A stretch of 64,000 bases of DNA from Macrostomum lignano (taxonomy: Eukaryota), in assembly GCA_002269645.1 (NCBI GenBank), contig NIVC01002422.1:105669-169668 (forward strand), written 5' to 3'. Both the position numbers and the translations under genes were made by a program. Of the stretch, positions 26,871 through 37,400 are shown piece after piece. Each line of letters begins with the position of its first letter. The first letter of the stretch is position 1. The notes under the pieces are model-generated. The model was not told the DNA's origin. It did not search any database and worked only from the letters and a program-made list of their open reading frames with translations.

Positions 26871-29800
26871 TATAATAACTTTCTTTTGATTGCCCACAAG
26901 CTAGGTTGTCTATGACCCAAACTCCAACTTTCGGTTTCAGCCCCAAACCAACTGTACTTTATTTTTATTAAATAGACGCGATCGCCACCCAGCCGAGGTT
27001 TAACCTTTCGCTCAACTTAATCAATCATCTTCATCTTTTGGTAGCCAGCGCTACAATATTTAACTTCTCGAATAGCGGCGTGCTTTCTGACATCTGAGCA
27101 TGAGACGCAGGCGTATTTCAATTAACTTCGCATTAACGCCTCCGCTTCCCGCCCCTGCTAACTGACTACTGAAGGCAATTTCAAACAAATTTCGCCTGGG
27201 CCTGGTGGGCGGATGCGGGCTGCCCACCGATGGCCATCCACTTGTCGTCAAGCGGATTCACCAGATGTGGGGTGCTGTTTTCCGTTAAAATATGATAACA
27301 CACAATTCTGGTTGATTATTGACTGCGAAGTTGTTTAAATCCTTTTTCGGATTTTCGGATCTCGCAATGAGATTTCAGTCTGCTAGCATGGAACCGCGAG
27401 ACAAGCAACTCACGGAAAGTCCATGAAAGTCCAGGCTGCGAACGTTCTCGAAGATTTTCTCTTTGAAACTCGAGCATTCGAGGTCGGCAGGCTCGGCAGT
27501 GTAATTCTCGCCCTGCTCCAGGGTGGCGTTGATGGCCAGGGCGGCCGCCGTCACCGCGTCGAAACGCGTGTCGAAGCCGTTGATGCCGTATTGCTGGGGG
27601 TTTGCGGTCCAGCTGCCGAACTGGCTGAGGAAGTCCTCGTAGGTCTCGTCTCTTGTCTGAAATTGTGCGGCCTGCCCTCTGAAGAACTCGCTTGAGATGT
27701 CACGACAGTCAGAGATGTCCCGATATATCTTGACATCGTGACATCTCTGACATCGGGACATCTTGACATCGTGACATCTTGACATCGTGACATCTTGACA
27801 TCGTGACATCTTGACATCGGGACATCTTGACATCGGGACGTCTTGACATCGTGACGTCTTGACATCGTTGACGTCTTGACATCGTTGACGTCTTGACATC
27901 GGGACATCTCTGACATCGGGACATCTTGACATCGTGACGTCTTGACATCGTGACGTCTTGACATCGTGACATCTCTGACATCGGGAAATCTTGACATCGG
28001 GACATCTTGACATCGGGACGTCTTGACATCGTTGACGTCTTGACATCGTTGACATCTCTGACATCGGGACATCTTGACATCGGGACATCTTGACATCGGG
28101 ACATCTTGACATCGGGACGTCTTGACATCGTGACGTCTTGACATCGTTGACGTCTTGACATCGTTGACGTCTTGACATCGGGACATCTCTGACATCGTGA
28201 CATCTTGACATCGTGACATCTTGACATCGTGACGTCTTGACATCGTTGACGTCTTGACATCGTTGACGTCTTGACATCGGGACATTTTGGTATCTGCCAT
28301 CGGGACATCTTGATTCCTAGCATATTTACATCCTAAGAACATCTTGACAAATGGCATTCTGGCTTAAAAACATCCTGACTTAAAGACATCCTGACATAAT
28401 AGCATCATTACATATCAACATCCTGGCACATTAGCACCCTTACATCTTAAACATAATGTCATATTAGCATCTTGACTTTGTAGCATGACATCCTGACATC
28501 CTGGCGTCCGATATTACAATACTGATATGAAATTACCGATATATTTGCAGCCTAGCGGACATACTGATATCCTGACATTTTGACAACATATCGGCACTAT
28601 GCTTGACTCTCAAACATTCCTGGTTCTCAGCACCATGACGTCCTGACAGTATGACAACTTGAAGCTTTGAAATTTCGACATGTCGAAGTTCTGACATTCA
28701 GACATCGCAATTCTTACTCGACCCGTCAGTCCAGCGGGGTTCCTCCTCCCCGGATCCTCCTGGTCATTGTCCAGCACTATGGAACCCTCCATGGCCACGG
28801 CTCGCTCGGAATCAGAGCAGCTTCCATTATGATTGAGCTGCGTGGTTGCCGGAAGCCCCATCTGAATCCACTGGTACTTGGGTCCGTACGCTCCCAGCCG
28901 CTTGATCTGTGTTTGTTAGCGCTTTTTGTTAGACTCCGTGTTAAACTGTTACTGATCTCAAGATTCGGAGGTGGGTGGATTCGGGTCTGGGAGATTGAGG
29001 TCTGAGAGATTCGAGTGTGGGAGATTCGGGGGTGGGAGATTCGGGTGTGGGAGATTCGGGTGTGGGAGATTCGGGTGTGAGAGATTCGGGTGTGGAAGAT
29101 TCGGGTCTGGGAGATTCGGGTGTGGGAGATTCGGGTGTGGGAGATTCGGGTGTGGGTGGATTCGGGTGTGGGTGGATTAGGGAGTGGGTGGATACGGGTG
29201 TGGGAGATTCGGGTGTGGGTGGATTCGGGTGTGGGTGGATTAGGGAGTGGGTGGATTCGGTTGTGGGAGATTCGGGTGTGGGTGGATTCGGGTGTGGGTG
29301 GATTCGAGTGTGGGTGGATTCGGGTGTGGGTGGATTAGGGTGTGGGTGGATTCGGGTGTGGGTGGATTCGGGTGTGGGTGGATTCGGGTGTGGGTGGATT
29401 CGGGTGTGGGTGGATTCGGGTGTGGGTGGATTCGGGTGTGGTTGGATTTGGGTGTGGGTGGATTCGGGTGTGGGTGGATTCAGGTGTGGTTGGATTTGGG
29501 TGTGGTTGGATTTGGGTGTGGGTGGATTCGTGTGTGGGTGGATTCGGGTGTGGTTGGATTTGGGTGTGGGTGGATTCGGTGCCCTACCACGCAGTCCAGC
29601 CGCTTATCTGACTGTTCAGCGGCGATCGAGCGAACAGCGATGAAGATTCGAATGTCCTTTTGCTGCAAATCATAATAAGTAAACTCACTGCGATAATTTT
29701 ATAATTTAAACTGTTTATGTTAAAAACTATTGACGTGAGAATTAAACTTACCAGAAGGCTTGTCAGAGCGGCAGTGGCGTCAGTAAAGTACATCCGTTTG

Positions 29801-30206
29801 GAATAGCTGATGTTGCGGGCCATGAAATCTCTCTCCAGCTCGCTGGCCACCTGGAAGAAATCGTTTAACAAAAAAACGATTCTTTTATCGCGCACTGACT
29901 GCATGAGTGACATTTAGTGACACACAGTGACACACAGTGACTCACAGTCACCCACAGTGACACCATCTGTTGCACAAGTGTGACACAGATGACGCACATA
30001 TCTACTCACCGATTTGAATGCGGAGTAGTCTTGAACTAGAAAGCCGATCTTCTTCCAATTGAACTTGGTCACAATTGACACCAACGGTTTCACATAGACG
30101 TTAAAAGTAGTGGACATTCTCGTGTAGTACGGGTAGATCGACCGATCGCTTAGTTCCGGCGACAGATTCAGGCCAATCTGAAAATTATGGAATTAAATCA
30201 TAACAA

Positions 30207-31557
30207 AGTCACACAGTTTAGCCACAGTCTCTCACTTGAGTCACACAGTTTAGCCACAGGCTCTCACCTGAGTCACACAGTTTAGCCACAGTCTCTCTCC
30301 TGAGTCACACAGTTTAGCCTCAGTCTCTCACCTCAGTGACACAGTTTAGCCACAGTCTCTCACCTGAGTCACACAGTTTAGTCACAGTCTCTCATCTGAG
30401 TCACACAGTTTAGTCACAGTCTCTCACCTGAGTCACACAGTTTAGTCACAGTCTTTCACCTGAGTCACACAGTTTAGCCACGGTCTCTCTCCTGAGTCAC
30501 ACAGTTTAGTCACAGTCTCTCACCTGAGTCACACAGTTTATTCACAGTCTCTCACCTGAGTCACACAGTTTAGTCACAGTCTCTCACCTGAGTCACACAG
30601 TTTAGTCACAGTCTTTCACCTCAGTCACACAGTTTAGTCACAGTCTCTCACCTGAGTCACACAGTTTAGCCTCAGTCTCTCACCTGAGTCACACAGTTTA
30701 GCCACAGTCTCTCACCTCAGTCACACAGTTTAGTCACAGTCTCTCACCTGAATCACTAAGTAGCCTCAGTCTCTCACCTGAGTCACACAGTTTAGCCTCA
30801 GTCTCTCACCTTAGTCACACAGTTTAGCCACAGTCTCTCACCTGAGTCACACAGTTTAGCCTCAGTCTCTCACCTGAGTCACACAGTTTAGCCACAGTCT
30901 CTCACCTGAGTCACACAGTTTAGTCACAGTCTCTCACCTGAGTCACACAGTTTAGCCTCAGTCTTTCACCTCAGTCACACAGTTTAGTCACAGTCTCTCA
31001 CCTGAGTCACACAGTTTAGCCTCAGTCTCTCACCTGAGTCACACAGTTTAGCCACAGTCTCTCACCTCAGTCACACAGTTTAGTCACAGTCTCTCACCTG
31101 AATCACTAAGTAGCCTCAGTCTCTCACCTGAGTCACACAGTTTAGCCACAGTCTCTCACCTGAGTCACACAGTTTAGCCTCAGTCTCTCACCTGAGTCAC
31201 ACAGTTTAGCCTCAGTCTCTCACCTGAGTCACACAGTTTAGCCTCAGTCTCTCACCTTAGTCACACAGTCTAGCCACAGTCTCTCACCTGATTCACACAG
31301 TTTAGCCTCAGTCTCTCACCTGAGTCACACAGTTTAGCCTCAGTCTCTCACCTGAGTCACACAGTTTAGCCTCAGTCTCTCACCTGAGTCACACAGTTTA
31401 GCCTCAGTCTCTCACCTGAGTCACACAGTTTAGCCACAGTCTCTCACCTTAGTCACACAGTTTAGCCTCAGTCTCTCACCTGAGTCACACAGTTTAGCCT
31501 CAGTCTCTCACCTGAGTCACACAGTTTAGCCACAGTCTCTCACCTGAGTCACACAGT
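30207..31557. repeat. 32-bp donor-containing minisatellite (about 42 units), copy C intron 2
   Basis: Same unit, with an internal higher-order duplication of variant units (AATCACTAAG variant near 30750 and 31100). Confidence 0.95.
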
Positions 31558-33399
31558 AGTAGCGGGCCAGCTCAGCAATGACCTGAGACTGCTGCGAGAA
31601 GCTGGCGCCCAGCATCAGCGTCTTGTTGCTGCCACTGAGGTAGCCGTCAACAAATGCCTTCAGAGCGGCGCCAACGTCTTCCTGCTGTTAATTGTGTATT
31701 TGAGTTGCGTTGCATTTACTTAATTGTGGCGACAAAATCTCCACTGATTGTAAAATTTCCATGGCGAAAAGCAATCAGTCTTAAAGGTTTAAATTAATCA
31801 AATTCACTCTTGAAGCGTTTGAAGCTCTCAGCATAGCAACTGAGAGTTGTTGACTTCTGCTGAGAACAATATCGCTGTTTCTTTATATACGGGAGTTCGT
31901 GTCCACCTTTCGCTTTAGAATTCGAACAATGGACCAGCATGTAGAGGTTATAAATAAACTTTGTATTAAAATTTTCCTGACAGACAACAATATTGCTACT
32001 GATTTGTTAAATTCCTGAGGGATTTAAGCAATTTCAATTTTTGATGCTCATCTGCATTCGATTTCTAGCACCTGATTTTTTTAGATAGGCTGAACTGAAA
32101 GACTGACTAACGCTAAAAAGTAAAAGAATCAAAATTTGAAGCTAAACCCATAAGTAATTGAACACTATAGACGAAGCGGTCAGACAGGCGACTGCCAGCA
32201 GAAATTTCAGGGGCAAGCGCATGCTGCCGCAGAGCTGAGACTAGTGAGTACTGGGCTGCTCGAGCGACAGCTCTCTTCAATGCTCAGTTGATTTTGAGAG
32301 ATTTATCACCTGCTAATAACTGTTCGCGACTTCTGATTGGGCAATTGGGTGAACAGGCTTTTCAGGTCCATCCGCTATGCTAAAAGTGGTTTTAACTATC
32401 TATCCATCAATCCGTGTGTGAACTTCTACTCAAAATGACTTGATAAGTGCTTCAATTCATGTCTTCGATTCGATGAAAGCTAGCCTAGATGTGAACAGAC
32501 TGAACCTGGATTTGAATTTTATTAGTGTAAGTTTTTTAGAAAGATTTTTTTAAAGTGAAGAAAGACTCAACGTAAAAAGAAAAGAATCAAAGAAGCGTCA
32601 TGTAAACCATAAAAAAGCGTCATGTCTGATACAATGCGGTAAATTTGGAATCCGCATTGAGACCTAAGAACCAAACCCTGCAAACATACCAGGACTGGAT
32701 GTTGTCTCACGATTTCGCGGGCAAGACGGCCTAAGGAATCGTCAGTGTGTTGCCCGCAGATTTTGTCTATGGCATAAGCGTAAACGTTTGTAACGCAAGA
32801 AGCTCTAGTCCGATGCCTCCACGTCTCTCTTCACTGCAGCTGTATGAACAGGCTTTAGGGGCTTTGGACATAGACGAATTCTCAGGGCAGCGGGCACACA
32901 ACGACATTCCGTGCCCGCTGTTTTAGTCTATGGCCAATCGTGAAACAACATAGTTCTGACTATGGATTTGAGGGCAGGAATGAGCGGAATCCTCGGCCCT
33001 CGGATTCGCTCATTCCTGCCCTCAAATCCATAGTCAGAACAATCAGTTGGCGCCGAAAATGCACATATAGCCTGCACGCGCTCAAAAAATTAAACGATGA
33101 AAAGTGCGCATAGATGAATCGACAAGTTAATTAATCGGTTTTCTCTTCTAGGCATTCCCCCTTCCTGACAAAAAGCAGCACACGCAAGCAAAAACGCATA
33201 ACGAAGCAGAATCTCTTTGTTTGCAAAAAAGACTGCTGTTGAACAACTGCCATTTTCGAATAATTCTTCTGTCGTCAAAGAGAAGCGTGACTGCAAAGCA
33301 CTGAAAATAGCTGCGAGGAGCAAACAGCTTGCTCTCAGCGATGCAGTCACCACGAGAAACGATCGGACCGACCTGAAAAGCACTACACCTCGAGGTTAC

Positions 33400-33802
33400 T
33401 CATAACAGGATTAGAAAAATACACATGAAAAAGAAATGAAAAAGAAAACGACACAACTCGCAACAGTCGTACAGTCAGGCAAAGAAACACGTCTCGCGCG
33501 TGACCGTCCTGTCCCGGGAAGACCGAAATCACTTGTCCTAGCAGACAGTGACTTCGCGGTGCGTCGGGCTTGACCACCAGCACTGCTTCATCGACGAGTA
33601 CTTGCAGTTTTCTCTGTTGGTCGATCCACCTTGATCTGGGCTGCAGTCCAGGTAGCCACCCTCGCATCCATCGCCGCCACAAATTCGTCGTGAGTTCCTC
33701 CATCCACCGGTCACGAGTGCGGGAATGACATCTGCACGAGTGCGCGCTAGCGCAAGAGTTCACGATGTCCTTCACGCACGAGTGAACGTGAAGGAATCCC
33801 AT
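33400..33802 (-). mobile_element. BEL/Pao LTR retrotransposon relic, integrase C-terminal region (DUF5641-like)
   Basis: Translation LWRRWMRGWLPGLQPRSRW...AVLVVKPDAPRSHCLLGQVISVFPGQDGHAR matches the BEL/Pao pattern W.RW..EYL..LQ.R.KW...LG.V..V.PG.DG.VR. Confidence 0.8.
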
Positions 33803-33841
33803 TGTATCATTTTGGAGGGGTTTTTAGGGGTATAGCTTTGA

Positions 33842-36436
33842 ATGTCTATGACCGAAGCCAACGTCTGAGCTAACTACTTAATGCTATATTTAGCAGTTGT
33901 AACATTATAAAAACTTAATATAAAAAACAAATTTGTAACATTATAAAAACCTAATATGAACAAAACAATCAACGGATTTAGTATAAATCGGTCCAAGCTG
34001 TACGCCGGATCAAGGCATGTTCGAAATATGCACGTGGAATTGGCAGTTGTTGAATGTGCCCGATATAGCTGTAGCCAACGTTTGCATCTCCATTCCAGCC
34101 CTCGTGGCTGTAGATGTTGCTGTCGCGCATCGGCCTGAGCACTGGTCTCCGGTAGCAACGCATCAGCCGGTACCTCTGAGCCGGGCGTCGGCACACGCAC
34201 CTCGTCGTGCGGGCTCTCTATCCTTTGCGCTCTTTTCCTCGCCGATGGAACTGATCCTTACAGACAGCCCAGCCATCTCTCCGTCACGCTTTCTGCTGTT
34301 CCGAATGTACCTTTGTGCAGCTGTTTTAGTTTTGTGTCCCGTTACAGCGCTGTTATCCCTCAGGGACACTCCAGCTGCACTCAACTCGGTTGCCAGGGTG
34401 ACTCTTAGACAGTGGCCAGTGTAAATCTTGCTCAAATTAGCCGCTTTGGAGATGCCACTCATCATGTTCCCAAGAGTGTTGAAGCCTACAACCTGCTTAG
34501 CAAAATACCACGACTCTACAAAGCCGCGTACTCGGGGACGTATGAACACAACGGAGCTCGACACTCCCTCTTTTCTCTTGGCCTCTTCGATCTTGCTCAG
34601 GTAAAGCTCAACACACTCGTAGGGGCATCCTATTTCAAAGGTTTCGACAATCACACTCTGCTTCCTATCTTCTGAGGTCCGCGCTTCTAAACTTCCTCGC
34701 ACAGTCTTGGTTTCCATTGATGCCAGCCTGAATGCGCGTCGCCCATTGATGTTGCATCTCTCAATAGAATCCGTAGTTAGCTTACGGAACCATTCGCGTC
34801 CACGCAAGCCAAACTGCAAGGCTAATACATAGTAGACCTCCTGCTGCAAAATGGTCGGGCTACTTCGATCGAAGTAGCGGCGCAGCTTTTCTAGATCCTC
34901 TGTCTCCAAGGCGCAGAACTGTCTGACGGTGCCGCCTGATCTGATGCACATGGCGGCTGGGGAGCCTTCAATTGCATGTTGGCCTTTGCACAGCGTGGAT
35001 CCTCGATAATATTAACGTCACGGACACGCAGCAAATAGCGGAAAACACCAGCTCGAGCGGTAATCAACGAAGCAGGGGCATAGAAGCCACCGTCAATTTT
35101 ACGAACAAAAGCATAGAAGATTCGCAAGCCAGTGACTAACTGTTCGATATCGGCTGTATTCAGATCGCAGGCGTAGTTCTTGCTTGAAAGCACCTCGTTG
35201 AACTTACGAAGTGCCCACTTTTCTTGCAACAGAGCTGACTTTGGCGTAGTGTCGAGTTGCATTACATCCATCTCCCTGAGAAAGTCTCGTTCCGGATCTT
35301 GACCAGCTAACAGCGCCTCGATTTCATTCACATCCAACTGAGCCAGATCGTCCAGCATGCCTTGCATAGTCGCCTCCCGCCGGATTCGCTCGCCAATCTC
35401 AGAAGACGACAAACGAACGACATATGCAGCAATCCAATAGGCTCGCCCGTTGATGCTTCGTAAATCATGATGACAGCTTTTTGGCCGCAAACTCGCTGAC
35501 CTCGCTTGGCTTGGCTTAGCCCGTCTCTTCACTGCTCTAAACTGCCCAGATCTTTGGGCCATAGACATATTTGGAGCGTGCAACATTGAAGTATTGTTGC
35601 ACGCTCAGACTACTTTATTGTCGCACGCTCCAAATGTCTATGGGTAATAGGCGCCCAAAATAATACAATGCCAGTAGAGAATGGCTATGAGTGCACCAAA
35701 TGTATTTGACCGAGGGCGCTGCATCCACGCCCCTGGCATTAGTTAGTCTAGTGGTCAAGGACGACTTAAGTATTGGTTTTGACAATCAATATGAGAAAAT
35801 GGACAATCAAAAATTCTACGTATATTTCCTGTATCTAAAAATCACAAAAATGCATGACACAGCTCCAATATTTGGTTTTATGAACCTATTTTATCATCTC
35901 TGTTACAAATATTTGCTACACAGTCGGGTAAGAATGATAAAATAGACTCATGAAGCTAAAGAGCCGAGCCGTGGCATTCTAACGTATTTCAAGCACAAGA
36001 CACGCGAAAATATACGTAGAATAAAAAATTAACATAGAGTCCTAATTTTCTGAACGAAAAGCTTTATAAATATCGATAGAGCAATAAAAAAGGCGCAACA
36101 TATCAAAAGATGAACACTGGATCTGCCTCCTATCAAACGCAATAACAATTTTTGTGCTGAAAAAATGAAAACTTCCTGTCTCCGTAGTGTATTTTTTTCG
36201 GGAAAAAGTGCCTTCAAAACTTTTCTAAGAAACGAGGTTTCCCGTCCTTCTACTTAAGTCGTCCTTGCTAGTGGTATAGTGGGGGGCTGGGGCCCTCGGT
36301 CAAATACATTTGGTGCACTCATAGCCATTCTCCACTACATCATTGTCGGATTATTCATCGTGCAGGAATGCACAAAACCGTGCAGGAATGCATTTCTGCA
36401 CCTAATGCTTTTTCAGTGAGATTTTACCATAGACAT
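33842..36436 (-). mobile_element. Putative Crypton element extent
   Basis: The recombinase gene sits between two BEL/Pao relics. A 9-bp inverted motif ATGTCTATG (33842-33850) / CATAGACAT (36428-36436) brackets it. No TSD was seen and the boundaries are inferred. Confidence 0.4.
34163..35367 (-). CDS. Crypton-type tyrosine recombinase (DUF3504-like), one 1-nt frameshift near 34960
   Basis: ORF 35586-34891 (FYAFVRKIDGGFYAPASL...NIIEDP) is joined by a frameshift to ORF 34951-34163. Catalytic-type motifs present: FGLRGRE (R), YTGHCLR (HxxR), VTGHK (H), QRY (Y). The start is taken as the MQGML Met at 35367 (inferred). Confidence 0.82.
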
Positions 36437-36499
36437 CCATTCCTGCTAGTCCTCGTTATGCTTGGTGTAGCTACAGTATATGCAGCTGGGTAACTGCCT

Positions 36500-37400
36500 A
36501 TGGCACCGAAGGCCATTCTAGGATACAGGCTCTCCGAATGGATGAGAAGTGGGAAGCCCAAAGGGAAATAAAGTAAAAAAGATGGCCAGAGCTGAGACTA
36601 CGGAGCAGACCCACGTTGGTTGCCGTTAAAACTCCGCCTTTTCTTTGTTGACAAAAGACTGGGCAATCCTTCAACTTTTTGACAGGTTCATCAAAAGCAA
36701 TAAATATGCCGACAGTCTGCTTGTCTTCAAGCTTATCGAATGGAATTCCACGCAAGTGGCTCCACTGCCTGGCCAAACGGGTCCAATCGACTGCTTTCAG
36801 ATCACTTTTCACTCTTTCCGTTGTGTGCGCCGACACTCTCGCTCGATTGGACTCATCTAGACTCCGGATGCCGACCTCCACCGGTGCTGTTTGACAAGTG
36901 CTTAATTGGCCATTCAACCCTTTCACTTTCATCACCTGCTGTATCCGATCTCAAGTAGGTACGCGTACTCGCATCGTCAAGTATGGAGGTCACTGGCAGC
37001 TCCCGGTCGTCATCTGACAGAATCACTGGTACTGTTCTCAAGATCGGTGACGAACCCTGCGCCAACAACGTACAGGACTCCTGACCACCGGCTTCTGGGG
37101 CTTCTCGCTCGCGCTTGGTCGCTCCCCCTGATTTTTAAACGCCATCGGAGTTTTGTGTGTCTCATGCAGCAAATGCCGGTTGTCTCGTCTTGCCACTTGT
37201 TCACTCCACAGCTTATCCCACGCTTGTAGTTGTCCATTCCACAGCCCATTCCACACTTGCAGCTGTCGACTCCACAGCTCATTCCACGCTACCGCTTAAG
37301 TGATTTGTCCCCAGGTAGCTAAAGCACAGTCACTTCTGTTTTACAAATTCCCACCTGACTTGCAAATCCATTCTTAGAAACTTCAGCACACTCCATGCTA
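36500..37400 (-). mobile_element. BEL/Pao relic: gag zinc-knuckle remnant + aspartic protease (DUF1758-like)
   Basis: ILRTVPVILS...VTSILDDASTRTYL, then VDWTRLARQWSHLRGIPF. A degenerate zinc-knuckle region (LRMDLQVRWEFVKQK*LCFSYL) lies near 37300-37390. Frameshifted. Confidence 0.7.

Larger units (their letters stand above)
20380..32222 (-). pseudogene. GABA-B-receptor-like class C GPCR, copy C; exons 2-13 intact, exon 1 disrupted (probable pseudogene or 5'-damaged copy)
   Basis: Exons 31544-31684, 30010-30177, 29752-29850, 29588-29662, 28718-28906, 27414-27656, 25620-25683, 25462-25539, 24672-25051, 24462-24584, 21027-21362 and 20380-20511 match copy B. From the ATG at 32222 only 16 codons match, then the sequence diverges to TAG at 32142-32144, and the exon-1 donor is absent. 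Confidence 0.75.
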
